A stretch of DNA of 62,899 bases, filler included, from Diploschistes diacapsis (lineage: Eukaryota), in NCBI GenBank assembly GCA_023645945.1. It is 8 parts of 8 records of this genome, joined end to end, with 100 filler letters (N's around TTAATTAATTAA, not from the genome) between each part and the next. Parts side by side here need not be neighbours in the genome. Positions count along the whole stretch, not along the records: positions 32,610 to 37,604 come from JALAIB010001623.1; positions 37,705 to 42,699 come from JALAIB010001624.1; positions 42,800 to 47,763 come from JALAIB010001626.1; positions 47,864 to 52,820 come from JALAIB010001627.1; 4 more parts are not named here. One strand, 5' to 3'. Below, piece by piece: positions 35,535-48,932 of the stretch (position 1 is the stretch's first letter; each line of letters starts with the position of its first letter). The notes beneath the pieces were generated by a model. The model made no database searches. It was not told where the DNA came from and worked only from the letters and a program-made list of their open reading frames with translations. A program made the translations under genes and the position numbers.

Positions 35535-37604
35535 GGGGCGCACGGAGGACAAAGGGGAAAGAAGATCATCTTCACCGCAACTCGCCAAGGATGGGAAAGA
35601 TCGGTTTCTGGCCTGCATTGAGGCAAAAGATCCGTTGAGGTGGAGTCTCAAGTTCTCAACCAAGTTGCAAGAGAGATTGCTTGAACCATTTCCATTTCCG
35701 TTTCCGTTTCCGTGGATAGGATATCCCAGTTGTATGATGATACGAATGACGCCCAACGCCTAATGCGGTCCAAACATTAGCACGTCCCACTTCCCGCTTC
35801 CGTGTATTGGGGCAAAGGGGTGTGCAGTATGCTAACCGTTGGACCGTAAGACAAGATACACATAATGGGAGCGAGTTTGTGTGTGTGGGTCGAGGCACGT
35901 TGTGACCTGCCCACACGACACAACACAACACAACACAACAAAACACATAACACATAACACACAGACGAGCAGACAAGGTTGCCTCGTGCTTCGTTCGGTA
36001 TGCCACGTTGTCGTCGTCGTTTGCTTGTTCGCCTGAAGCTTGGCCTCCTTACTTGTGCCAAATTCGGCAACCCTCGTCTACTGGGAACGTACGAGGAGGA
36101 TCAATCAATATTTACGACTTGTGTATGTGTGTATGTATGTATGTACAGAGAGCATGTCAACAGGTAGTGAAACGGTTAATTGACTTCCCGTCACCCAGAG
36201 CAGAGCCTCGACAGACTTCGTGCCCATGCCGTACCTCGTCAGAATAAGTAGAGGTCTAACAACGATTTGTGCATACATTAATTATACTACATTATCCACC
36301 ACCCCGCCCCCACGAAAATATATGCATGCAGCATAATAAGCTTCTGCAGCAATCAATGTTTGAACGTACATGAGCTCTTAATCTGTGCGCGCCATCGAGG
36401 CAAAGGCCAATCAATGACAATGGCATGTGAGTTTGAGAACTGCAGTTGCTGCTGCCTCTTGGGTAGGTCGATTGCGCTCAACACTAAACCTATTATGCTG
36501 CTTCAAAGGAGCCCCTCACTTCTGCACTTCTTGCACTGACAATCCTGCAGATCATCGCTTACTTCGTGAATCACGCACATCGGACCCTTGTCAACGACAA
36601 AAGTGTTCAGTGCTCAAGTGCTCGGTGCTCGGTGTTCGGTGCTCAGTGCCCAGTGCCTGCCCCATCCGATCTTTACCTGATGCTGCCTTTTTACGAAGCC
36701 GAGGGGGGGAGGGGGGTGCACTTCGCAGATGAGATCTGCCCGCGGAAATAAAGTTTTCCACGTGCAGCCATCATCATGCTGTCGTCAACAGGCTGCCTGG
36801 CCTCCGGCTGGTCTGAGCGTCGTGGTGGTGGTGGTCGTGGCGATCACCAAACTGTCGCCATCGATGGTCGGTGGTCAATGCGAGTCAGAGTCCGTACTAG
36901 AGCTGCACGGTGTATAGAGTGCAGACGACACGATGCCCGACCATAATATTATTTGTGTTGAGCACACCCTTCGTTCGAACTCGAGTCATATCGTAGTCCG
37001 AGCTTTGTCCCAATTCGTATATCTCGTTCTCATCGCAATGCAGCTTCATTCGCTGTTATGAACGTATAGTGGTATAGTACGACTGCTAGTATACAGTAGT
37101 GTACGTGTACAACGAACGAGACTAAAGTAGGTTTTGCTGTCGAGGTACCCTTCTTTAGTTTGTTGGACCATGAATGGCAATCACCTTGAAGCATCCCATT
37201 GTAGAAAGTCCAGGTACGGTTTTTGGTCTCAAAAATACCCACATGGTTTCCAATATCCGCAGGCTTATCTAACCGCAAAGCCGAAATGGCCTTCTATTGG
37301 CTTGGTGCCAAAACCCCTTGCAGAGGATTGAAGGCTTCCTAGACCAGATGTCTATTTTTTTTGAAAGCCCTTGACCGGGCTTGCGAGGAGCAGCAAGCCC
37401 CCATCTCAAAGATGTCTGGGTTCACCAGCACTGGGTCGGCCCTGTCTGGGATCTTGTTCTCCTACGCCCTGTATCGTCTAGAGAGAAGCTTGAATCCACG
37501 GCTGGGACAGCAAGCCAGACCGGTCTGGCTTGCTCTCTGCTGCATATCTTCTGCCCACTGGTCTCGGGAGCTCAACCGCGCCGTCCCCGCACCCTACCTC
37601 GTAA

Positions 37605-37704
37605 NNNNNNNNNNNNNNNNNNNNNNNNNNNNNNNNNNNNNNNNNNNNTTAATTAATTAANNNNNNNNNNNNNNNNNNNNNNNNNNNNNNNNNNNNNNNN
37701 NNNN
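37605..37704. other. Artificial contig linker
   Basis: 44N-TTAATTAATTAA-44N. Confidence 0.98.
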
Positions 37705-38046
37705 CGTTTTATATACCTCGCGAGGATATTCTCTTATTTAATAATTAAAAACTACTACGATTAATGATTAATAGATTTTTTAGAACGGTTACCAAGCTTA
37801 TCGAGAAAAAAGAAGAAAGAGACGCCGTTACGTCGAACGATTTCACGGAACGATAGCGAGAAGGATTAAGTTTTCGTTTTAATAAAAACATTTTCTATTA
37901 TCGAGAGTATCTAGGTTTAAATTAGCAAAAAATAAAAAAATATATGGAGTTTATAATGGATGAAAAAGGGGAGGGCATTTTAGGTATAAAAAGCGCTTAT
38001 GGATGATCGGTTACTAGGGTCCGCTCGGTTACTAGGGGCAACACTC
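37705..38046 (-). mobile_element. RIP-degraded Fot1/pogo-like transposon 5' end
   Basis: TA|GAGTGTTGCCCCTAGTAACCGAGCGGACCCTAGTAACCGA terminus with internal direct repeat. Interior translates to LSFREIVRRNGV and LIIK*ENILARYIK, resembling pogo transposase HTH segments. Very AT-rich. Confidence 0.6.
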
Positions 38047-38211
38047 TAGCTGAGCTACTTAACACGTACCAGCCGCGTGCTCTTGCAGCTCGCGTCCCCC
38101 GCATCTTCAAGTCCTAGGCCTTTGGCTGATCGAATTGCACACAGAGCGACAACATACCTATGACTTAACAAAGAAATCAAATTCTTTTCCAAGCAAAATC
38201 GCTACACCACC

Positions 38212-40382
38212 ATGGCAGTCTCCCCGGATGCCACCCGGATATATTCTGCAACCTACAGCAATGTGCGTTTTCAGGAAAATTTTCGTGGTCGTATCTGACA
38301 ATGGCCAGGTTCCGGTATATGAACTCAATGTGAACGGTAACCATGTCATGCGACGGAGGTCTGACAACTGGATCAACGCCACACATATCCTTAAAGTTGC
38401 GGACTTGGACAAGCCGGCAAGAACCAGGGTGCTGGAAAAGGAAGTGCAACTCGACACACACGAGAAGATTCAGGGCGGCTATGGCAAATACCAGGGTCAG
38501 TGCTCCAAATTCGTCACAAAGACAATACTGACTCAAATTCAGGAACCTGGGTGCCTCTGCCTCAGGGCGTCGTTGTTGCGCAAAAGTACAACGTTTACAA
38601 CCTCCTAAAACCAATGTTCGACTTCGAACCAGGCCCACACAGCCCTCCGCCCGCACCTAAACATACCACAGCCGCGTCGAACAGACCGAAAGCACCGCGA
38701 GTCCCTGGCGGTCGTAAAGCTGCTCGTGAGTTATGTTCTTGAAGAAATGCCCGCAGGCTGATTGTTTAGAACCAAAACAGGCGCGTGCGTCAGCAGCCGC
38801 TCGTCGAGAACCGACTCCTCGGGAGCCACCTCGAGAACCGGTCCGCGAACAGAACTACGAGAATATAAGCGATCAGCTGCATGATGAAGATACGCCGGAC
38901 GAAGTTACTGTTGGCACACGATCCGTGATCGACGATGAGGAATACAGAGATACTGGGCACCGGAGGCGGACGCAAACTGAATACGCCCGCCTAGACCAAG
39001 CGCATCGAGTATGGGCAGACCAGCTGCTTGACTATTTTATGCTGCTCGATAGTGATCCCGATTATGCTGCGGAACACCGGCCTCAGATGCCAGATAGCTC
39101 ACAGATTGACAGACCGGTGGATACTGACGGGCATACGGCGCTTCATTGGGCGTGCGCGATGGGAGACATTGACGTGGCGAAAGATCTTTTGCTGAGGAAA
39201 GCCAACGTTCATGCTCGCAATGTTCGAGGCGAGACTCCTCTGATAAGAGCAGGTCTGTTCGCCAATTGCTACGACAAGGGAACGTGGGAGAAGATGGTGC
39301 ACATGTTGCAGCATACCATCATGACTCCAGACTATCACGGGGGCACCATATTTCACCACATTGCTTTGACAGCCATCGGTGGTTCAAAAGCGACACGAGC
39401 GAAAAATTATCTAGACGTACTGCTGAACAAGATATCCGAGATGGTGTCTCCTGCCGATTTCTTCACTTTCCTGAACATGCAGGACAAGAACGGTGACACA
39501 GCTTTTCATATGGCTGCGAGGCTGTCGAGACGCTGCTCCAAGCTCTTCCAATCATATGCCCTTCCCAGCGACATTCCAAACAACGAAGGTGAGACGGTTG
39601 AACGGATATTGTCTCAAAAAGCTAGAGATCGGTCAAAGACGAGCAATGGGGCTCTCGTCCCTTCGTCATCCCCGGTACAAGGTGGCGACCACAGTACCTT
39701 CATGAACAACCACTCTCCATCCAAATTCAATACTTCGTTAGGACTTAACTCTACAAACCTGAGGAGTGCGCCTTCCCAGTCCTTTTCACGTTCCCTAAAC
39801 ACGCTGGTCGCCAGCCAGCTGACCTCGTTCCTCGAAGCCGGAGAAGCTGACATGGAAGAAAAGGAGGCTTTGCTGAACGACATAACGCGGGCCACAGAGC
39901 GCACAGAGAAAGAAGCCTCGGCCGTGCGGGCCAAGACATATGCGCTAAAGGCGGTTCTCGATAACGGCGAGGGCAGTGAGGTTCTTCGTGCTGAGTTTGA
40001 GAAGCTCCGTCGCGAAGCTGAGCGACTGGAAGAGCAGGTGCAGCACAGGCAGATCCATAAGCTCGTGCGGCAGGAAGAGAACTCACCCATCACACTAAAA
40101 GGCTCGGAGAAGCTCGACATTAAGCGCGAGCTGTCCCAGCGGGAGAGCCTGGGCTACGGCCTGCATAGTCAGCAGGATGTGCGGCTGCAGTCCGTCAGGG
40201 AGCTAGTTCTCGCAGAGGCCAACGCTGGTATGACGGGTGGAGGCCAGCATCTTATGACGATAGTGAGCAAGATACTAGGGATCAGCGCGGATGAGGTGGA
40301 GGGGTTTATCGACGAGATATTGGAGGATCTCGAAGCATCCAAGGGTGACGGCACCGAAGTGATGGACATATGCCACGGTTAA
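38212..40382 (+). CDS. MBP1: MBF complex APSES/KilA-N plus ankyrin transcription factor Mbp1/Res2
   Basis: Spliced [59 protein letters not shown], ankyrin repeats ([12 protein letters not shown]) and a C-terminal coiled coil. Three introns. Confidence 0.92.
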
Positions 40383-40605
40383 TTGATAGTCTATGGTCTG
40401 CATGCTGGTCTGGAACTATGGGAAATCCCGCTGAGACTTGCTGTAGAGCTTCCCTTCCAAGCTTTTCCCGTGTTGATACTGCTCTTTTCGGTCCACATCA
40501 AGCCCTTCTAAACGAGCCAATCAGCTTGCGTAAATACTCCAGATCTTCAGATAAGGGCAACTCGGGTACTGATAAGGCCCGCAAGCTCCACGACGGGCTC
40601 ATTTG

Positions 40606-40700
40606 ACTACTACTTTAGTACTACTACTACCTACTACTACTACTACTTAGTACTTACTCTTACTACTACCACTACTTACTACTACTACTTACTAACTAGC
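40606..40700. repeat. Imperfect (CTA)n microsatellite
   Basis: Direct reading. Confidence 0.85.
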
Positions 40701-40848
40701 CCGCTTGAAGCTCTGGCCAAGAGAGATTCCAGCCGCCCTCAACGAGCCTACATCATGTGTGCCTCGCTCACTTGGTTTTATATCTCTACTGTCCTCTTCC
40801 CTAGCATGCCATGCTTGAACCAACAGCCTCCCAGACCCACTGACGATA

Positions 40849-42699
40849 ATGGCTAAATTGTATCCATCACGCTTTGCTCGGATCCAGGACAAGCTAGCTA
40901 CCCACAGTGAGCCGGGACTCACCAACGCTCAACTGCTACTTGTCAACCATGACTTGCAGCCGGTCGAACCTGAGCGGCGCCAATGGGGCTTTTGGAACTT
41001 TGTTGGCTTCTGGATTGCGGACTGCTTCAATATCGTCCGTTTGTGATTCCTACAATAGTTGTTCAAATGCTGACCATGCTATAGAACACATGGATGATAG
41101 CCAGCTCAATGATCAGCGGCACAGGCACGGCGGGGCTCTCCTGGTGGCAAGCCTGGATCTGCGTCTGGATTGGCTACACGGTCGCTGGTACTTTCATCTG
41201 CATGACGGGGCGCATCGGCGCCACATACCATATCCCTTTCCCGGTTGTCGCGCGAGCTTCTTTCGGGATATGGGGTTCTCTCTGGCCAGTTTTCAACCGC
41301 GCTGCCATGGCCTGTATCTGGTACGGCGTGCAGAGTTGGATTGGCGGGGAGTGCGTCACGCTCATGATCCGCGCCATCTGGCCTCAGTACGGAACTCTGC
41401 CGAACAGCATGCCTGCCAGCTCCGGCACGGACACTATGAACTGTAGGTTCGATCCGACCTGATGGCCGTTTAAAAAACTTACCAAATTGAAAGACCTTTC
41501 ATTCTTCCTCTTTTGGGCATGTTCCCTACCCGCAATCTGGTTTCCCGTACATAAAATCCGTCATCTCTTTACAGTCAAAGCCTACTTGGTCCCTACTGCA
41601 GGCATTGCGTACTTCATCTGGACAATTGTCAAAGCGCACGGCATTGGCCCAATCGTCAAGCAACCGGGAAATGCTACTGGTTCTGACCTGGGGTGGGGCA
41701 TGGTCCTAGGCATCATGAGCTCGATAGCCAACTTCGCAACGCTCATCGTTAACGGTATACTTTCATGTCTCTATGCTACGCCCTACCTTCACTAGTGTCC
41801 ACCGTCCCCATCCGTCATTTTCCAATTCCTTGGACTGCCTCATCCCGTGCCATCCAGCTAACATCCCATGACCCCCAGATCCCGACTTCTCCCGCTTCGC
41901 CCGCCGGCCCTCGGACGCTTTCCTCTCGCAATTCATCACCATCCCCGTCGGCTTCGCCATAACCTCCTTCATCGGCATCATCGTCTCTTCTAGCTCCACC
42001 GTGCTCTACGGCGCCCCGATCTGGAACCCGCTGCAGCTCCTCGGCAACCTCCTCGAGGGCGCCAACAGCGCCGAGCGCTTCGGCGTCTTCGTCATCGCCG
42101 CCGCCTTCGCCCTCGCCCAGCTCGGCACCAACATCGCCGCCAACAGCGTCTCCGCCGGCACCGACATGACGGCCTTGCTGCCGCGCTACGTCAACATCCG
42201 CCGCGGCGGCTACGTGTGCGCGATCGTGGGCTTGGTCATGTGTCCCTGGAATTTGTTGAGCACGTCAAACAAGTTCACGACCTACCTCTCCGCCTACAGC
42301 GTCTTCCTCTCCTCCATCGCCGGCGTCATCATCGCGGACTACTACCTCGTGCGCCGGGGCTACCTGCGGCTGCGCGACCTGTACTCGGCGCAGGCCACCG
42401 GGCCGTACTACTACACGCTCGGCTTCCACTGGCGCGGCTACGCGGCCTACCTGGGCGGCATACTCGTGAACATTGTCGGTTTCGTGGGCGCCATCGGCGT
42501 GCCCGTGCCCAAGGGCGCGAGCTATGTGTACAATCTGAATTTCTTTGTCGGCTTCATCGTGTCGAGCGGGCTTTACTGGGGATTGTGCGTGGTCTTTCCG
42601 GTGCAGGCGACGAGCAAGGTGTGGATGGAGGTGCGGGAGGAGACTGGCGAGGTCAGTGTCGCGTACGGCGCCCGAGGGCAGGAGGGTGGGGATTTGGAG
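40849..42699 (+). CDS. NCS1-family uracil/allantoin permease (Fur4/Dal4-like), 3' end cut by contig end
   Basis: [52 protein letters not shown] and [12 protein letters not shown]. Three introns. Confidence 0.92.
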
Positions 42700-42799
42700 N
42701 NNNNNNNNNNNNNNNNNNNNNNNNNNNNNNNNNNNNNNNNNNNTTAATTAATTAANNNNNNNNNNNNNNNNNNNNNNNNNNNNNNNNNNNNNNNNNNNN
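42700..42799. other. Artificial contig linker
   Basis: 44N-TTAATTAATTAA-44N. Confidence 0.98.
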
Positions 42800-43170
42800 G
42801 GTTGCGGGGATTTTTTCTGGTGTTTTGTGTGGCGAGCGCTTTGGAAGGCTTTGGGTTTTGCTGTGGCATGGTCGGATTTGCTTAGAGGTTGACTTTGGAG
42901 AGTACGCGGGAATTATCTTAGTCACATGTGGATGTGCATCCGATATCACGGGCATGTAAATGAGTGAGGGTGGTGTTGCTAAATAGTGAAGAGAATATGC
43001 TCAATCAAGCACTCAATGTCATGTCATTAGTAAATTGTCTAGTGTGGTATCATTCCTTAGTTTTAAAACTCCGACCTTGAACAGCGCAACCGCCAAGGGA
43101 ATCCGAAATGCAGTCTCGTGCTCCCCAACACAACGCCTGGTCCCATTATCCTAGCACCGCTTGTCTTCCA

Positions 43171-44795
43171 TCACGTGTTCATCACTCCGTCTGCTCGTTC
43201 CGGTTTGAAGTCTGGCGCAGCGGCACGGTTCTTCAAAATCTTGGACAAAACAAGCTCAACTTCGTCCCAGTCATCTGTAGGGACACGTTGCATGGTAACG
43301 CCAAAGTACTGGGCTATCAGCGACAACATCTCCCAGCTAGCTCGGTCGTGTACGAAGGTGATTGCAGCACCTATACGTCCGTAGCGACCGGTCCTTCCAA
43401 TACGATGCAGGTAGGTTTGGGGATCCGGCTTTGGAGGTCGCATTCCATCGTCAGGGACATCCTGATTGCACGTGTCAGCTACCCACAATCCTCTCAAAAA
43501 GCGGATCGCTCACATAGTTGATGACAAGATTGACTGATTGTACATCGATACCACGCGCCAAGACGTTTGTGGTGATCAAAACTTTGGCCTTGCCCTGTGT
43601 GAAAGCATCCATAATGGCATCACGCTGGGCGCCTTCATACGCGCCCGTGAGTGAGACCACCTTGTGCCCCTCCGCGGTCATTCTCCTCTCAATCTCAGTG
43701 GCTGTGTCTCGGCGCTTGGTAAAGTTAGCTGAGAAACGGGTAAACACTAGACCAGATCTACCTTGACGAATATAATCGAAGACCCTATTGTCATCATCCC
43801 ATATAACTTTACCAAAACCTCGTATTTGTGCTGCTCGCCGGAGCAGTCCATGTAAAGCTGCTTGATGCCTTCAACCGTAAGCTCTTCGTGCTTGAGTGTG
43901 AGCTGGTTCGATTTGGGCGCAAATTTGTCGGCGAAGCCGACGACTTTCTCGGGGAAGGTGGCAGAGAAAAGCACGACTTGAAGGTCCTTTGGTAGCATCC
44001 TAGAAGAGCTTTAGAAAAGCAATGGACTGAGCAACAATCGCAACGTACATTTTCACGCGCATACATTGCTCGCCCATCCCTTGTTGGTCCAGCATGGTAT
44101 CGGCCTCATCTAGGACTAATGTCTTGATCCCTGTAGCCTGAAGGTTTCTTTTTTTGATCATATCCATTGTAGTTCCTGGCGTGCCAACGATAACCTGTCC
44201 TCTGAGCGGCTGACCTCGAGCGCTCGGATCCACTGGTATGGCGGCCGCAACCTGGAGACCTTCCACAAACTCCCCGATTTTAGATATGACTCCTATAATT
44301 TGACGGGCAAGCTCTCGGGTTGGCGCGAGAACCATTGCCTGTGCTGTATTCCGCGCCTCTTCCGTCGAAAGGTCGAGACGAGATAGCAGATTGAGCGAAA
44401 ACGCCGCTGTCTTTCCCGTCCCCGATTGTGACTGACCGATCATGTTGACAGGTGGGTTGGCCATGAGTAACGGTAACGCCTTTTCTTGAATCTTTGATGG
44501 GGTTCGGAAATTGAGGTTGTAGAGGCCCTTAAGAAGTTCCTCGGAGCTAGTTACGTTAGCCCTGTTGCCGGTTTCCTTTAGGCACGGCTCACATTCCAAG
44601 CTGATCGAAGCTTTTCACTGAGTAGAGAGGAGAATTTGCATCTATAAGCTTCACTTCGACCTCGTAGCTTGGTTGAAGTAGATCGGTGCCTCCTCCACCT
44701 TGAGGCTCTGTAGCTCCATCCATTTGGCTGGCTTCTGCCCAGTCTTCTGTCTTGCCGTCCTCAGGCGCGGAAATGCGGTCCTCGAGGGACGCCAT
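43171..44795 (-). CDS. DBP5: DEAD-box RNA helicase Dbp5 (mRNA export)
   Basis: [43 protein letters not shown] and [10 protein letters not shown]. Multi-exon. Confidence 0.95.
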
Positions 44796-45160
44796 CTTAT
44801 GTTGGGGCAGATGCCTGAAACTATTCCGAGATATTGAAAAGAAGATGTTCGACCTATTAGGTAGATGGTGGTGTAAGTAGACTTGGGGATACTTTCAGAG
44901 CTCCAAATAAACGAGTGAGCGTGCACAATAAGAAGAGTTGATAGAATCTTCCACACCGTTGAAGCGTTTAGCGGGGATCAAATTCCCCGCTGTGTCTGCT
45001 GTCAGTTGTTGCCGCATCCACGCAAAAGCAGCCCGGAAAGGTACCCTGACAGCTCAGCCCTACAGCTCTCATGCTCAGTCTTCTGCTTCATTCACAACAA
45101 AGCTCCATCTGGGATAGCTGCACCTCTCTGTAGCCGCTATTACAGGAGCAATTCACCCAA

Positions 45161-46447
45161 ATGCCTTCAGCGACGCAAAACCAACTATATACTTCAGGTC
45201 TGAAAGTAGCACCTGGCTCAGCCGCAAAACTCAAGCTTCCTTCTCTTACTCCTCGGAAACCACAGCCGGCACCTGAGAATCCTCTGCCACTACCAGAGAC
45301 GCCCGAATTACCAGCACCTCCTGATATCTCGTTGCTCAATCCCATCCAACCCTCCAGACGAATCCTTTCCAAGGTCGATCTTGACCGTTTCCTTGCGTCT
45401 CCATCGTATTTGCTTATTACTTCCTTTATCTTCTCGATATCAGAGTCATGTGCCAATAAAAAGATATCCTCGTGCTCGCTATCGAGCACGCGACCCATCA
45501 TTCGGACTTTGATAGGTATTCTAACTTCGGTAGAGGCACTCATAGAGCAGAACCCGCCCGAGGACCAGAGTGCTTCCAGATTCGGAAACCCTGCCTTCCG
45601 GAGTTTTATCGATTCGCTAACTTCACGGATGCCTGAGTATCACAAGAAGCTCGCATTCCCAGATGAGAAGTGGACTCCAGAAGTAGCGACATATCTTGAG
45701 CATTCATTTGGCTCTCGACCGCGTATTGACTATGGATCAGGCCATGAGCTAAATTTTGCCATGTGGCTTTTGTGCCTCAACAGGCTAGCCTTGATCGAAC
45801 CCACTGACTTCCCTGCAACTGGTTTGATCGTATTTCCGTGTTACATTAGACTGCTCCGCAAGCTGCAATTGACTTATTACCTGGAGCCCGCTGGCTCTCA
45901 TGGCGTATGGGGTCTGGATGATTATCATTTTCTGCCTTTCCTTTTTGGAGCCTCGCAACTCCTGCAACACCCCTATATTCGGCCACGTGCCGTCCACAAC
46001 GACATTGTCCTCGAGGAAGAAGGTGACGAGTACATGTACCTCGATATGGTGAGGTGGACCACGGAAACCAAAACCGTGAAAGGGTTGAAATGGACTCAGC
46101 CTATGCTTGATGATATTTCTAGCGCAAAGAACTGGGTAAAAGTCGAGCAAGGTATGCGGAGAATGTTCGTCAAAGAGGTCCTTGGGAAACTTCCAATTAT
46201 GCAACATTTCTTGTTTGGCACGCTGATACCCGCTACTGAAGAAATGAGTCAAGAGCACTATGTCATGGGGCAGTCCAGTGAGGCCAGCCCCAATGGGAAT
46301 GGTGTATCTAAGCCTCATAACCATGTCCACGAGGAGAATACATGGGGCGATTGCTGTGGTATCAAAATTCCCAGCATAGTCGCTGCATCCGAAGAGGCTA
46401 AGAAACAGGGAACGGCTGAAGGCTTACGCAGGATACCTTTTGATTAG
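45161..46447 (+). CDS. RRD2: PP2A activator (PTPA) Rrd2
   Basis: SRFGNPAFR, RIDYGSGHELNF, EPAGSHGVWGLDDY and C-terminal WGDCCGIKIPS. Confidence 0.9.
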   Translation: MPSATQNQLYTSGLKVAPGSAAKLKLPSLTPRKPQPAPENPLPLPETPELPAPPDISLLNPIQPSRRILSKVDLDRFLASPSYLLITSFIFSISESCANKKISSCSLSSTRPIIRTLIGILTSVEALIEQNPPEDQSASRFGNPAFRSFIDSLTSRMPEYHKKLAFPDEKWTPEVATYLEHSFGSRPRIDYGSGHELNFAMWLLCLNRLALIEPTDFPATGLIVFPCYIRLLRKLQLTYYLEPAGSHGVWGLDDYHFLPFLFGASQLLQHPYIRPRAVHNDIVLEEEGDEYMYLDMVRWTTETKTVKGLKWTQPMLDDISSAKNWVKVEQGMRRMFVKEVLGKLPIMQHFLFGTLIPATEEMSQEHYVMGQSSEASPNGNGVSKPHNHVHEENTWGDCCGIKIPSIVAASEEAKKQGTAEGLRRIPFD

Positions 46448-47763
46448 ACAGCACGTTTTCATCAATATCTGCAGTGGTCAAATTGTCTAGCCGGTCGACC
46501 ACACCCTGCACAACGGTACTTCTGCTGTAGCATTCATACTATCAGCATCCCGCCAAGGCTTGATAACCTTCGAGGTTGCGATCCCCCGAACTAGAGCAAT
46601 TCTCACCTAACCAAGCTCAGCAACTCCATATACCACGCATCTCTACTCATGACAATATTGGTCTTGCCGGAAACGTCAGCATTCACAGTGCCGGTGCCTG
46701 CACGCTGTTTAACGTCCCTGCTATGCCACCCGCCTACAGCTCCGACATAACACACACAGCCCAGTTGTTCCCCAACGTCATCTACGGCAGCCTTCCCCTC
46801 AGTTCAGGCCAGCGAGTCTGACGGTCATAACATAAACATCAAACGGCCAGCATGCCGCTGGCTTCGGCCAATGCGTTCGTACCCTCCTTTGTTGCGTATG
46901 CGAGCAACGCCATCTAGGCGGACTGTGTCTCTGCAGGCCATCCGGGAATGGGTTCGATCAGCAGCCGTATACGCTGTGGGGGTCAAAGGAAGTTGCTTGT
47001 AATATACCGGCTCGAGCGTGTTGAGGAACTTTTTGCAGCCAAGCGCTACAGTACGAGTCGGATTCAATATATAGAAGGCTTGGCACGACCTATGAGATCT
47101 GTTATATACCCTGTACCAGAGGAGCTGTAGATAAGATGTTGGGGTTGTATAGTCAGCTGGGTCCAGTTTTTTGGGGGCCAACCCTGGCGAGGTAAAACTG
47201 CAATCACCATCACGATATGCGTTTCTCCCCTGCGTCCCTCGTGCTGTAAACAGTGCCCAGGTTTCGAGGAACCCCCCAACCCTCTGCAGATCCAATCTAG
47301 TCCAATTCCAAAGTGCCGTCCCCTACAACGCTCTTCGATCTAGCCAACGTTTGTTTCAGATAAGTAACGACGAGATGCACGAATGCTGAGCCCCTCCCGA
47401 ATTCCTCGCTCCCTAGGTACAGCACATTACCCAAGGTACAAAAGTCCAAACCGCCAAACACATGGCATGAATAATCCAAGAAACCCAGCGCCACTCCCGC
47501 ATCACCTCGAAACAATTCTCAAGCTGGCCACCCACCTCAACCCTCCATCTCCATCTCCAGGAGGACGATGAAGCAGATGAAGCCGATGCTCAGGCCGGTG
47601 GTGAGGTTCGTAGAGGAGGATGAGTTCGGCGGAGTCGGAGGAGTCGTCGCGGGAATGGAGGGTTGGAGGCATGGGGAGGCTGATGTGGAGAGGAGGGGAG
47701 GGTGGTCTCTGGTTGTGGGAAGCCTGGGGGATGAGGCGATGGTTGTGGAGTGGGTGACGAGAG

Positions 47764-47863
47764 NNNNNNNNNNNNNNNNNNNNNNNNNNNNNNNNNNNNN
47801 NNNNNNNTTAATTAATTAANNNNNNNNNNNNNNNNNNNNNNNNNNNNNNNNNNNNNNNNNNNN
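47764..47863. other. Artificial contig linker
   Basis: 44N-TTAATTAATTAA-44N. Confidence 0.98.
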
Positions 47864-48932
47864 GAGGAGGGAGGAGTGAGGGGGGGAGGGTGGTTCGGCA
47901 TTTTTTTTCGTGCAAGGGCTTGATTGGACTGGACTTGTGAGATATACCTCCGGCACTGCGCAACGACCGACCGACGGACGACGGATAGTTGCAGCAGCCT
48001 CCTCCTCCTGCCGCCCCTGATGAAAATGCTAATGCTTGAAAAAAGTACTTCTCCAAGTGTTTGAAAATGTATTGTGCGTGCTGCCCCCACGGACGATGAG
48101 ATGCGTAATGCTTTCGGGGAGTAACTCTGCGCGCGTACTGGGAGATTAAGGAGAATAGCAGAAACGGGGTGCATGCTACTGGACCACCACCCATCACCCA
48201 TGGGACCTGGGGGGGGGAGGGGGATTGCCCTCCCAAACTATATATATTGTGTAGGTGGCCGGCCTAGTGGTTGGGGCACAACTTTTATTTTTTTTTGGTT
48301 TATGTACACCAAACTAGTTCTCTCTGGGCTTGGGGAGGTCTCGACATCCCACGGCCCTCTGAAGAAAGAGTTTTGACCGAGCACTCTTGTGGCTTGTTAG
48401 GCTCCGGACTCTGCACATGGGATGCCCTTGCGCACAAAGTCCCGATAGCGCTTCCTGTGCTGCCTTGAACAGCACGCATGCAAGCGAGCCCCGTCATACC
48501 CGCCCGCCCAGAGAACTTGTCGGTTCGACGGGAGCGACTCTGGTGTGTTTTGGGACTTCCAACGTCTGGTGCAGTCTGTCCGGGGAGGCTCTTCCCCTGG
48601 CTTGGTGAGCTTGCCAGCATGCCGACGAGACATGGCGTATTGATGACCGTAAGCTCAAGCGAGGAGGGCTTTTGTGACAAATGCTGTCTGAACACGCTGC
48701 AAGTTATGGTTCCTGTGTTTAGAGGATAAGCTCTGATGTTTAGGGGGAAAATAGTATAGCCTTTTGCTTGGTACAAATATGAATGATAATTCTTGGGACT
48801 GAGGATAAGAGGAGCGGGGGATATCAGACGGCAGCCACTAAATATCATAGCAACGGGTTTGGACACGGAAGCTGCGTCCTGCGGAGTAACGCCTAGTGTC
48901 TCCTACGTGTCGGCAGCAATGCTGTCGCACAG

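Noticed and set aside
28668..46447. Apparent DNA-repair/cell-cycle gene cluster (Rad4, Mbp1, Rrd2, Dbp5)
   Set aside because: Genes lie on different contigs joined artificially; only the Pcs1-like/Rad4 and Dbp5/Rrd2 divergent pairs are truly adjacent.
46576..47763. Short ORFs downstream of RRD2, including a Pro-rich/hydrophobic stretch at the contig end
   Set aside because: No consistent frame or family motif.
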